Positions 37,414 to 48,978 of a DNA stretch of 64,000 nucleotides are shown here, piece after piece. Where the stretch lies: assembly GCA_965645245.1 (NCBI GenBank), contig OZ287071.1:744001-808000 (forward strand). The letters are read 5' to 3'. The stretch comes from Massalongia carnosa. Its lineage: Eukaryota. The number at the start of each line of letters is the position of its first letter. Position 1 is the first letter of the stretch. Position numbers and translations under genes: made by a program. The notes beneath the pieces are model-generated. The model did no database searches. It had not been told where the DNA came from and saw only the letters and a list, made by a program, of their open reading frames with translations.

Positions 37414-39267
37414 TTTTGGGGGAAGAGAAATGGGAGAGAGGAGGAGATGATTGGTGGAGTCTTTCTCTGAGCGCTTTGGGGAGGAGAGGGGAGGTGTGGT
37501 TGGTAAGGTGGTGGGGACTGGGAACGGGGCGTAGGGTTTTCTTCCGGTTTGTCTAGATGGGTTATCAATTGATATGTTCAGGGTAGGTATGGTTGGTCCA
37601 CCCGTTGAGCTAGGAGCCTGTGTTCATGAAGAGCCAAACGATTAATGGTTTATCTAAAAGATTTGTGAGGTCTATGTCTTAATCGTGATCAGCCCTATAT
37701 CAAGGGCACTTTGTTGAAAGATTCTCTTGTCCAATCGGATGTTCGATTTGATGAATCAGCATTCACCGGAACGTCACAGCGTGAGAATGCATCAATCCAT
37801 GATTCTGGAGGCGGGCTCATCAAGACTATGTTTCGGAGAAGAGTATGGCTCATTAATGAGGATTGACTGAGAGGTCGATCTTGATGTGATATGTTGTTCT
37901 CTGATGTTAGTTATATATAGCCTTTCCCTTTAGCAGATACCGCTTCTCATATTGTGATTGCCTGTCTGACCGTATATGATATTTTTTCTTCCTCCGAAAG
38001 CTCCCTTTTGCTTTAGCTCTAGGCCTATTCTTCATTAGTGTCATAAGGTTTGTCGTTCTAGGATTTGCCTCTCGCATCTGGGTTGGAATTTAATCTATGA
38101 GTTGTTGTTTCTGGCGAGTGTTAGAAAAAGTCATTCAGCTTTCAAGACGCCGTGTAGCAAGGAAGTCATGTGCAAAGCTTTAGTCATGCAGTGATGGAGT
38201 TGGTTTCATCTATGTTCTGGCTCTTGTCCTGATGTTTCCGTCTGGCTAAGGAAGAGTAGTCCTGCCCAAGATATATATGGATAAGAGATTGCTTTCTCGT
38301 AAGCCATGTTCGTCATCTTCTTTGCACCCGTTGAAGGGTACTTCATGGATCTTGTGAATGAAATCGCCTGGACTTGTCAGAGTTGTGTTCCTTTTCGTAA
38401 GTACCTGATAAGACAGCGCACCCAGTCCGGCGGCTCCTCGAATCTCGATGGAGTCAACCATGCGATACTTGCCTCTCTGAGAGATAGTAGAGTTCAACAT
38501 ATTAGTCTCTAACTTCATCAGGCTACGTTTACTTGGAAGCGGCAAAGCGCTTGGTCCCGTCCTTTCACTTGGTGTTATTGCTGTCAAATCTTATTTGTTG
38601 CTGGCTGGCGTACGCTCCTTAATATAGGTCTCAGGCGTGAAATATATCGAACGCACTGTGGACATAGCAAAGGGACCAGGTGAGGAGAATTAAGTCGCCG
38701 CTATCGAAGGGCAGACGATATCTAAAGGAAGGTTCCTACCGATAATAAATGTTTCCACCAAGGTTTTCTTCGATAAAAAGGTATTCAAAGGACCGCGCTA
38801 CTGACACTTGATCTAGAGAATGGATTTTGCACAAACCCTTCCCAGGTCTTTTTAAAAAGCAGTTATTCACCGCCTGGAAGCTGACACCATGGATCCCAAT
38901 TGAACTAGCTGTGTAGATGAAGATCTCGTTGTGACCTCTTTGGAGAAAGAGAAAGGTTTCCTCTACTGACCGCCTTGAGAAGCTGCTACGAGAAGGAGGT
39001 GGGAGCTATAATCGTCTCCTAAAGTGGTTTAATACGACCAGCTGAGTCGCAACTTCCATCCAGGACTCTAAAACCAGGTAGGAAGCGTTCTGTCTCTATC
39101 TGTCAAGGATGTTGTGTATTTCAATTCCCAAACATCATTCGATTTTCTTGTTGTTCTGCAGTATTCGAGTGGACTAGACGTATACTCAATTATCTTGCAG
39201 AGAACAGGTCACATTAAATATTCTGCACCTCTAATACTTTCCGATCGACAATACCATCTTATTCAGC

Positions 39268-42200
39268 ATGGATAAAAGTAAAGCGATTATTGAGGACTCA
39301 TCTGAGGCATCATTGAGACCAGTTGTCGTCCCAACTTCTATCGATGAGCCAGTGTCCGTTCATCCTCCAAGTACCTTATACTTGACTGCCACAACAGAAG
39401 CGCAGTCTCCCATTTTGCCAGTCAGTACGACAGGTGTTCCAGAGTCCAAGTGGAAACCACTCATTGGTACGCCGAGTAAGCCACCTGTTCCAGATGATAT
39501 CCTGGTGCCAGATCCATCACCAGCACGAACATTTTCCGACACCGACAGTCCCACATTGCTGGCCCCTTCCACCCCAGGTTCGTTCATTCACCAGAGGCGT
39601 CAAGGAGAATATGTGCCACGACCTCCAGTTTGGACGACGTACAGAATGGATGGAAGCTCCTTTACCTCCCGTGATCCACCAATCGAGCTTGATCTTACCC
39701 CGAACGGAAAAACCCTATTGCTCCCATTCCGAATGAAGCAGGAAAACCGCAAGCCAAGTAGCCAGAGCCTGTTCGGTGAAAAGATTCCAGGTAGTAGTTT
39801 TGACAATAATATTCCGAAAATGGCAGAAAGTTTCAGAGAATCACCTCTTGTTGTCAATATGATGCAAAAGTTAACTCCAGAGCTCCATCCAAATCCCGAT
39901 GCGCCGCGTCTACCATCAATCGATGAACCTAGCTTTGCAAAAGATACAGCTTTTGCGAACTTGACCGGTTCCATGGAGCAGAATAATTCCGTCCAAGGGT
40001 CTCCAACGAACGCTATGACTACGACTGGACTCCAAGCCAATGCTGTGAATAATTGTACACGGCTCCAGGCTGGAAGTGGCACAGACCTTGAATGCGCAAT
40101 ACGTCCGGCAACGGCAGTCACGGAAAATAGCCGTAATCGCTTTCCGGAAGAATCGAACTCGATCCAATGCAATTCTATGGTTGGAGGTACATCAACGCAG
40201 CAGGCTATGAACTACGGTTCGGATGACCTGATTACGCCTGCACCCGTAAGAGATGTTTCTGGGGAACCGTCTTTCGATATGATGGAGGGTCCATGTAGGT
40301 CGCTAGACAGGATTTTAAGCTATAGGGACATTCGAATTAAGCCGGCTCCAAATAGCAGTATCGACAGTAATTCCATGGTGGTAGGTTCTTTGGTTACTTT
40401 TGTCGGCCGTACTCTGGTTTCAGACGACAATGATAGCGGAAGCCATGAAGTGAATCTGCCTCGAGGCGATCGATACATTGTTATAGAGATGTATGGAGAC
40501 TATTGGGCTCTTTTCCTCAAGCTCGAGCGTGGCCTTCAGCTGGGTGAGATTGAGCAGAGTAGCTTTTTCGGTTGGAAGCCAAAACCTAAACCACCCCGCA
40601 GGACTGAAGCAGGAACGGATTATATTGGAGTTCTGAACCACCCTACCATTTTCGTTTACGCTCCTCTATGTGCGTTCAGTCTTGCTATAACTCCAGGAGT
40701 ATTAGAACCTCAACGAGGTCGTCTTCATTCTCAGAGCTCAGCGACTTCGCATGGAGGTCTGGCTCAAGCGTCGATTCGCAGCTACAGTCTTCTGCCGGAG
40801 CGTGAAGATGTGAAGCGGAGGTTTATCTGGATTCCTAAATCGATCTACCAACAGTACATGAACATTGTTAATCCTCCAACGCCCACCGTCGATGCCGCTG
40901 CCATTGAACCGCACGGGCAAATAACACCTATGACGACGAATAACTCTTCAAGAAGAAGCTCTCGGCCATTAAATATTATCAGAGCGAGCACAGAACCTGT
41001 GAATTATTCACCGGCTCAGAACATTAAGAATTTATTCAACCGGAGGAAGAATGTTCAGGTGGTCGCAACTCCCGCCGCGAGACTCGACGAAGCAATTTAT
41101 CCTACGGACGTTCAATACGGTGATGGGGCGGGTTCTCCCCACGACCAGCCGACTGTTACTGCTGATTCTCCGCCACGGCTTGTTCCTGTACTATCTTTAC
41201 AGTCCCTCTCTGAGCACCCTGACCTTCCCACCTATGTTGTCGCCACCCAGGCACGGGATCCGGATGCCCCGCGAGTGCGAGATACCACTTTAACTACGCG
41301 CCCAGTCTCAGCCGATGATCTTGCAGTTCATTCCAGCGACGCTGGTCAGCTGGCCCCAAGCGAGCTTGTGATTCGACCAGTGACGATGGCCATGCGTAAA
41401 TCAAGTGATCCAACTCCAAGACCGAAGCACAAGAGTCCTTTGACGAATGCTCCGTCTGCGGTTGCAGAAGATGATATTCCAGAAGCGAGCGGCAATAGTA
41501 AGAAAACTTATTTATGGGATACTAGGGTCTTTTGCTAAGTTTGTGTGCGCAGAAGAAAATCGAGTGCTAATGAGAGTCAAGTCATTTAAATTTGGGACAG
41601 CGACGAAAAGCGCTGGGCAAACCATTAAAAGGTTGATGCCAGCCCTTCTCGAGGGCCACTGGAGACCCACTGCTAAGGCGCCCGCTTTGGAAGGGACAGA
41701 GGGGTATCAAAGCAGTTCTACCCGCCGACATCTAATCGAGCCTTGCAAGAATGCCGCTCGATCATGGAGGGACTTCAAAGCAAAACGTCACCCACGCAAA
41801 TCGATCCTGCCGCAGAATTTCCATCAGCCGGACGCACCCCTAGAAGCCCTGGCTGGCTCCAATGATGACCTTGCTGACGAGATGCCTGTACTAAACGACC
41901 AACATTCAAGCATCGCTGGCGATCTCATGGGCAGAACCCGTCCCTTGACAATGGAAGAAGCTTTGGCCGCTCCCGCCATTGAGGGCTTTACCGGCGACAA
42001 TCTCTTAATACAAGATAGACAGCTAAGTATCGCAGGTGACAGCACGAGCAGCAACCGCCGAATGACCATGCAAGAGATATTGGCCTCTCCCGATGCTGAA
42101 GCAGCGCACGAGAACGAGCAGCTACGCCACGAACTGGATGCGCAGGAGCCCTTACCGACCAACCAGACCAGTAACCTCGATGCCAACGCCAACGCTCACA

Positions 42201-42382
42201 CCGAGCATCGGGAGGAAATCCTGGCCGAACTGTCCGGCGAGGCGGCGGACCAAGATTCTAGTCCGCTCCTTCCAACCCCGGGCCTCCTCTCGAGCCATTT
42301 GAGTGAGATTGCGCCAGATAAGCGTGTTAAGGGTTTGCTGGACGTTAGCGCAGAGGATTTAGTACGGAATTCCCGAGGGTGA
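39268..42382 (+). CDS. Large hypothetical protein with a central divergent SH3-like segment
   Basis: The 756-aa and 311-aa ORFs join in phase through intron 41498-41552 (GTAAGA..GCTAAG..CAG). The segment HEVNLPRGDRYIVIEMYGDYWALFLKL..YAPLCAF resembles an SH3 pattern. Confidence 0.7.
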
Positions 42383-43154
42383 ATTCCAATCCAGCATTGA
42401 AAGGTTGCGTTTGAGGCGCAGGTATAAACAAATGGCCGGATTGGTGGTTTCGTGTGCTCTTTTTTTCGCTTCGCGAAAGGGGGGAAAAGGTTATGATAAG
42501 GATTGTGGTAATGTGGCTGGCTTAGCGGGTAGGTAGCAAGTAGGGTAGGGTAGGTTTTGCGTCTGTTTTTTTTCTTTTCTCGCTTCATTGTTATATCGCC
42601 CCTTTTAGTAACTTGCCTGCCTGCTTGGTGGAACATGGAGCTCCCCTCCCCCCCTTTATTTTTGTACTTCTAGCTATTTTGTTGGCGAATGAATGATGAC
42701 TGTTGCCGCTGTCTTGTGGTATGGGTGAATAGATTGAGTTGAAATGGCTAAAATCGCTTCGCCGGCTGGGGCTTTTCTTTACTCGATTGCCTATTTTTTT
42801 TTTCCATGTGCACCTCTCTACCTGGGGTAAGCACCTCATCCATCCATCATATTCACGATTCCCCACGAACGAACGGACTCGGACTCGAAAACAGGGGAAG
42901 AAGAGTTGCTTGGCGCAGCTCGGAGAATAAGTTAAGTTCTCTCGCATTTCGCGAGACGCGAGAGGCTTTCTTCCCCCTTACTTTGTGTGGGTTACTACCT
43001 TACATTTCCCCTCTTCCCCTTTCTGTTCTTCCGGCGCCATGTAAAGCAGATAAAGACCTACCTACCTGCGTGCGTGCGTGCGTGCGTGCGTGAGCCCCGG
43101 ATAATAAAAAAACCCTCCCAAAAAAAACACCCATCAATCTCTCGGTTTCTCCCT

Positions 43155-45275
43155 CTATAACACCCTCCTCCCCTTGCCCTTCCACGCCCCGCTCCCCTTC
43201 TCCCCCTTGCCCCCGCCCGCACTCCCTAGAACTTCCTCGTAAAACCCATAAAAGCTACTTCTCCGATCCCTAGGCGCGGGGCTACCGGCCGGGAGCGGCG
43301 GCACGGGCGGCACCGGTGGTGGGGCCCCGGTATGAACGGTTAAGCCCGCTGCTGCAGCACGTGGAGGTCTTTTCCGCTGTTGATGCTGGCTTATCGTCGC
43401 CCTTTGGAGTGGCCGCGGTGGCGGTCGCGACCCACCGTTCTCGTCTTGGTCGTCGTCGACGTGCGCAAACGGGCGGTGCCGGCGGCTGCTAGCAGCGCAG
43501 GTGGAACCCGGCGCGAGGGTTTGACTGTCACTGCTGGTGGAAGTGTCGTGCATCGTTGTGGAGGAGTTGCTGGAACTGGCGGAGAAATAGTCCGATTCCG
43601 ACGCAGGGATGAGCGGGCTGGGAGGCCTGGGGTTTGGGGAACCGGTGCCGTTGCCGTTACCGTTGTCATTCCGCAACGGGGACGAAGGGAGGGGTTTGCG
43701 ATGACGGGTGGCGTTTCGGCGCTGGGGCGGCGGTGCGGAGGAGTTGCGAGGGCCGGTGGGGGCGGTGGAGAACGGGTTTTGGGCTTGGGCATGGGAGGAG
43801 TTAAATGGGACAGGGGTGGGGGTGGAAAAGGGGTTCGCAGCGGCGGTGGAGGCGTAGGGGTTCGTGTCGCGCGTGAGCGGAGGAGTGGGAAAGCGCGTGC
43901 GAGGATGGCGCAGGAACGGGGACTCAAGCGGTTGCGGCTGTGACTTCTGGCGTGGGACCTCTGGGGCGGGAGCGCTGTCGCTGGGAGTGGTGACGGTGGA
44001 GAAGTTCGGCAGCGAGCGCATGGAACTGGTGCGTGAGACTGGGGGCGAAGCTTCACCTCCGTAGAAGCTCGAGGGCACCGGGTGGAAGTCGAAATCGGCA
44101 AAGTCCTTCTCCGGCGGCGAGGGTGGACATAGGCTCCGGAACGCAGGGTGAAGGTGTGACTGCGGATTTGCGGCTGAGGCCGCGCGCTCGGGGTGGAATG
44201 CCTGGTTGGCGCAAATGGCACAAAGGTTTCGGTGAATTTCAGGGTACGTAGTGACTTGGTTGCCGCCTTGGCAGGCGTCGCAACGGGCTAATTCACGCGT
44301 GCGACGCTGGGGGGCGAATGTTTGGAGAGGTGACGGTCTTGCCGTAGATCGGCGACGTTGGGAGGAGATTTGTGTGGAAGCGTTTACTGGGTCCCGCAAC
44401 GGATGGCGGCCCGAAGACGGGTTCCTTGCGGTGCTGGGGAACCCTACGGAGGCTCTTCGAGCGCTTCCGCCGCCTGGAATGAAGTCGTTCCAATGCGTGT
44501 GGTTGGTCAAGATTGAAGCTCGTTCGCTGGCGACTCCGTGGGGAAACGGGGGCTGGATGTGCACCGAGTGTCTACGTACCATGTATACTGGCTCTGTGAT
44601 ATCCAAGGAGGGGTTTCGTGGATGGATCCGCCCGGGGAATTGGTCGTCTTGGCTGAGATCGACCAAGTTCGTTGGATTGGAGATGATCGGCTTGGTCTGG
44701 AACGACCTTTCACGGAAGGACGAAGCGCGAGCGTGCCTGTACGGAGGGCTTTGTTCCCGCTGGCGATCTCGGTCTCGCGAACGGTCCCGATCTGTATGGC
44801 GCCGTCGGTGGCGAGGGCGGAGGGGCCGATCGCGGTCATATCGATGCTCGCGATGACGGCGTCGAGGGGCCGAGTCGAAGGTTTCCAGGCCAACTTCAGC
44901 GATAGTATCGACAGCCTCTTGCCAGTCGCGTCTGATGCGCTGGGTAAAGGAGAGCTTGGCCTTTTCGGGCTGCTGGGGGAACGGAACTTTAGCAGTGCCC
45001 TTGCGGTTGGTGGAAAAGGAGTTATTATACTTCCTTTGCGAGTCCTTACGCTTCGGGTCGTTTCTCTGGTTGGTTTCGTTGACCGTTCGCCAGAATGCTG
45101 CGTCTGGCGCATCATGCTTTGGCTGCTCCTGGCCTGCTTGATCGTCGAGGAAGGGGTAGGAAATATTGGGTCGAATAGGTTTCTTAAAATCCCCATTCAG
45201 GTGTTCGACAATAAAGCGGAGGATTTTGCTGCTAAGGGATCGTGGTGGAGGCTTGTAATTGTTTTGGGAATCCAT
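43155..45275 (-). CDS. Hypothetical P/R/S-rich disordered protein with a CxxC-x16-CxxC knuckle
   Basis: 706-aa ORF; CDACQGGNQVTTYPEIHRNLCAIC; C-terminal RDRRSSFYGFYEEVL. Confidence 0.7.
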   Translation of the reverse strand: MDSQNNYKPPPRSLSSKILRFIVEHLNGDFKKPIRPNISYPFLDDQAGQEQPKHDAPDAAFWRTVNETNQRNDPKRKDSQRKYNNSFSTNRKGTAKVPFPQQPEKAKLSFTQRIRRDWQEAVDTIAEVGLETFDSAPRRRHREHRYDRDRPLRPRHRRRHTDRDRSRDRDRQREQSPPYRHARASSFRERSFQTKPIISNPTNLVDLSQDDQFPGRIHPRNPSLDITEPVYMVRRHSVHIQPPFPHGVASERASILTNHTHWNDFIPGGGSARRASVGFPSTARNPSSGRHPLRDPVNASTQISSQRRRSTARPSPLQTFAPQRRTRELARCDACQGGNQVTTYPEIHRNLCAICANQAFHPERAASAANPQSHLHPAFRSLCPPSPPEKDFADFDFHPVPSSFYGGEASPPVSRTSSMRSLPNFSTVTTPSDSAPAPEVPRQKSQPQPLESPFLRHPRTRFPTPPLTRDTNPYASTAAANPFSTPTPVPFNSSHAQAQNPFSTAPTGPRNSSAPPPQRRNATRHRKPLPSSPLRNDNGNGNGTGSPNPRPPSPLIPASESDYFSASSSNSSTTMHDTSTSSDSQTLAPGSTCAASSRRHRPFAHVDDDQDENGGSRPPPRPLQRATISQHQQRKRPPRAAAAGLTVHTGAPPPVPPVPPLPAGSPAPRDRRSSFYGFYEEVLGSAGGGKGEKGSGAWKGKGRRVL

Positions 45276-45827
45276 GGACGCGGGTGGAGTCGACGCAGAT
45301 GCTGTGAATATTCACGACTTGGTTGATGAGGGACTTTGTGAATCTTGGAATTATAAAAGAGAAAAAATAAAATGTAAAAGGATGAATGCTATTATAGAGT
45401 GAAAAGAGGAAACAAAGACTGTAAGATGTAGTCTTTTTGAGACTGCCCCTTGATTGTACAAGTTTATGTCTTTGTCCTTCTGTTAGACAATGCCAATAAT
45501 TCCAGCTATATCCATTATGCAACGCTCTAGACCATGTCTCCTCTCACAGGCAGCAACGCATTGCCAATTTTGTCCATTGCAATAAGGCTAAGGTAATGGT
45601 GTTCAAGACTATTATGACATTAAACTAGCATTTCATGTATATGAATTTCAAAGAGCTTCGAGCCTCAGGATGAAGGAAGAAAGTGAAATAAGAACTCCAA
45701 CGAGAATGCCTGGGCTCTACCAGAGATGTTAGCTCAACCCCATGAGCGTAAAGAAGCTTCTGGTCCCACCAGCATCGAGGGACCACCGGATGAACTTACG
45801 TTTCAATACGGGTGTTCATCGATATGA

Positions 45828-46760
45828 TTATAGCACATAAGCCATTGCACCAATCATGCCAAATAACCCAATAAAGACCGACCCCGCGCATGACAAACTT
45901 ACTGCAGCACCGGCGAAGGGTGCAACACCGGTAACAGGGCTACCACTTCCAGAAGCTGGAGCTCCGGTAGGCAGGACGCCAGTGCGGCCTTGGGATGTCG
46001 GGTAGATCGGAGCAGAAGCTGCACCACCCGCAGCGGGAGCAGCGTTGCCGGCAGGAGAAGATCCACCTGAAGCAGGAGACAAAGCGCCGGGGTATTCTTG
46101 AGAAGCAGATTCACCGGAGGAGGGAGTCGTGCCGGCAGGAGCTGCACCCACAGGAGGAGCTGCACCAGGATGGCCTGCAGCGGCAGGAGATCCACCCACG
46201 AGAGGAGCATTATCAGGAGGAGGAACAACACCGGTTGGAGGAACATACCCGCTTGGAGGACTGGTTGGAACAGCGGGAACAGGGACCGGAGCTCCACTAG
46301 GTCCGGGACTCGGAGCGATGGAGAGAGGAGCAGTGAGCGTAGCAACGACCGGAGTCTCTGCACACACATGGCACGTGGCGGTAGTAACAGTAAACCCTTG
46401 AGGCACGTAGTTGGCCGAACGAGGCTGATCCAGGCTGCTGCAGGATTCGGTCACAGTGTACGTTATTTCCTCCAAGTACTTGGAACCTGTTGAGCAGAAC
46501 TGCGAGTAGACGGTGGTATAGGTTGTCAAGATACGGGCTTCCGGAGTATAAATTCCTCCTCCCTCGCAATCGGGACAGTATGAATGAATGACAGTATCCG
46601 TCACGGTGGTCTCGCTGCTGGTGCAAGCATCGTAATACTCGTAGACATAAGAGGGTTCAGGAGCATTGGTTACCAGAGGAAGCGGCGGCTCGTCGGCATA
46701 GGCTCGAGTAGAGGCTCCAATGGTGACTATGGCAAGAGTAAACGCTATTGGAGATTTCAT
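45828..46760 (-). CDS. Predicted GPI-anchored cell-wall/surface protein
   Basis: Signal peptide, Cys motifs (YCPDC, YSQFCSTG, PQGFTVTTATCHVC), P/A/G/S-rich stalk, and PFAGAA followed by a hydrophobic C-terminal GPI-signal-like tail. Confidence 0.85.
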   Translation of the reverse strand: MKSPIAFTLAIVTIGASTRAYADEPPLPLVTNAPEPSYVYEYYDACTSSETTVTDTVIHSYCPDCEGGGIYTPEARILTTYTTVYSQFCSTGSKYLEEITYTVTESCSSLDQPRSANYVPQGFTVTTATCHVCAETPVVATLTAPLSIAPSPGPSGAPVPVPAVPTSPPSGYVPPTGVVPPPDNAPLVGGSPAAAGHPGAAPPVGAAPAGTTPSSGESASQEYPGALSPASGGSSPAGNAAPAAGGAASAPIYPTSQGRTGVLPTGAPASGSGSPVTGVAPFAGAAVSLSCAGSVFIGLFGMIGAMAYVL

Positions 46761-48417
46761 CTTGCCGTTCGTAAGTTGTATTAGAAATTATATGTTGTTT
46801 GATGGGGATATAGAGAAAAACGATGATGAAGCGTTGGATCAAACGAGCGAATGTAAGAGATTTAGCTAAAGACACCTTGAACCAACTCGCTGCAAACGAT
46901 AATGAGTGTGAGAGAGCAAAGCTGGCTGGGTGAGCTGATGCGATAGGGAATTTATAAGAGGAAGTTGGGCATGTGGTAATTTGCATATCTTTCATCTCGT
47001 GTTAGGAATGTGAGGTAAATTTTGCCGATTGCAATCAGTCATAACAAACACGCCTGAAATAGCCATGCCTAATGAAAAAGGAATGAGACATCAAATTGCA
47101 CTCGCGGTCGCGATGGGTGATGCACATTCTGTTGCGAAGCCCGATCTTATAAAAACCGAATCTATTCGCCGCATTCGCCTGTCATATGTGGAGCAAACCG
47201 GGCATCCAACAGAGACATGAACGACACAACGATCCTGTGCAGCACCCGTGTGCTGTCAATATGAAAGGATCCCAGCCAAACGTAGACGAAAACGTATTCT
47301 AGACTCGATTTCCCGTAACGGCATTGCGCCCACAACATCCCTCCTCAAATCAATATGCCCAGTCCAACCATGAAACAAAAATCAGTAAAAGTATCACGCA
47401 AAACCCCCATATCCAACGTCAATAAGTGATGTATCCCATCTATCGACATTCCCCTCCCATCGCTCTCATCGAAGAGAACCCGGAAAAATAACGAGAAGGA
47501 AACTTCCTATCCGGGACTAAATGTATATATTCCATCTTCAGAGCCGCTGCTAGACTCTAAGGGAGGTTCGCATGGCAACGCATTGCTGTGGAGGACTGAG
47601 CAATGGTCGTGGCTGGCTCTGTTTGCTTTTTGATGAGGAAGGAAAAGAGGAAAGAAAGTGAGGTCTTGGAGCTTTTTCTCGGGTGATGGAGCATCGTGCG
47701 CTAGGCTGGTTTGACACTAGTCTTCGTTGCGGCCACTAACTAGTTATGGCTTTTTACAGTCACGAGACTCGCAGCTACAACGAACCAAACGCGTGATCGA
47801 CTACCTTGAGTACAGAGTACGCCGAACGTCATTTACCAGATCCAACGATAGACTGACACTTCACTGTTTCTACAAAGATCTGCCTCGTCATGGAATGGGT
47901 AAAGAGCCGGAATCTTCATGGGTGTCTTGTAGAATTACTAAAGCTTCCCCATCAGCGCAACGACCCCGTTCATCCACCCCTTGCCATACTCCCTATTGAC
48001 CAACTCCACGCTTGCAAGCCTTGCCATGAAAGCACCCAAAGCCTCCCTAGTGAATTTAATCTCACTAACACAGCGAATGAAGAGTTTAACAAAAGGTACA
48101 GCGAATGACGAAAACGCTCCAGCACGCCGCCGATATGCCAGTGGGTATTATAACCGGTTTCCCTTAAGAAAAGATGCAAAAGACACCACGACAATGGCCA
48201 CTGTACTCTGTCGCAAAGAAAACGAAACAAGTCTGTCATATGTTCTAGTGCGTGGACGTACGAGTACGGTATGTGTAAACATGAGATAGGATCACCGGAG
48301 CGCATGGTCCCCCGAGATACGACTAAGTGTGCAGTTAGCAACCTCGGTCTTACAAGCCGATGGCTTCGAGCGTCTCCGTGAAGCCAATTGAACTCATACC
48401 TAAACCGTTGGAGTACT

Positions 48418-48978
48418 TCAATCCGGTCCACCAATCTGTCCTTGCGAATTAACATTCTTCCAGACTCCGCCTCCCACGGCCTTTGAAATCCCAATTCCAA
48501 TGCCGACCGCAGCACCAATGACGACCAGTGCAATGAGAATCTTGACCCATAACCTTGGTGTTTTAGGGAGACCTCTCAGCGGGCTGCATCCCTTGTTTCG
48601 TTGGACCATGAGAGACTTCTTCTTCATCTGCTTCGTGCATGGCCATACCGCACACTCCTTGTGATTCCTTGAGGTTTCCAACGACGAGAAATGGGGCGAC
48701 GCGGCTTCGAGGTCTTGTTCGATAACCTTGATGTGAACCTTGGACTCTGATTGATGCTGTTCGAGCGAGGTGCGGGTAGTAGGATGGGAATAGAAGGCGG
48801 AAAAGGGATGTGATGAGGTTGCGTCATATTCTCCTGCCGGCGTTGATGTCTGCTCGAATGTAGGAGCGAGAGAAGAGCTGGAGGTATTGTTGGTTATGAA
48901 ACTTGGCGGTGCGAGACTGGCGGATTTTGGGTTGAGGTTGACTTGGGCTCCAACTACGGATTTCTCATTGAGCGACAT
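48418..48978 (-). CDS. Small hypothetical protein with a C-terminal TM helix
   Basis: MSLNEK..HPFSAFYSHPTTRTS..DLEA..ECAVWP..LWVKILIALVVIGAAVGIGIGISKAVGGGVWK. Confidence 0.7.
   Translation of the reverse strand: MSLNEKSVVGAQVNLNPKSASLAPPSFITNNTSSSSLAPTFEQTSTPAGEYDATSSHPFSAFYSHPTTRTSLEQHQSESKVHIKVIEQDLEAASPHFSSLETSRNHKECAVWPCTKQMKKKSLMVQRNKGCSPLRGLPKTPRLWVKILIALVVIGAAVGIGIGISKAVGGGVWKNVNSQGQIGGPD

Noticed and set aside
47566..47579. X-box-like GTTCGCATGGCAAC; also single RTCACGTG sites near 9568, 49433 and 56860
   Set aside because: Isolated short matches that are compatible with chance and have no supporting context.
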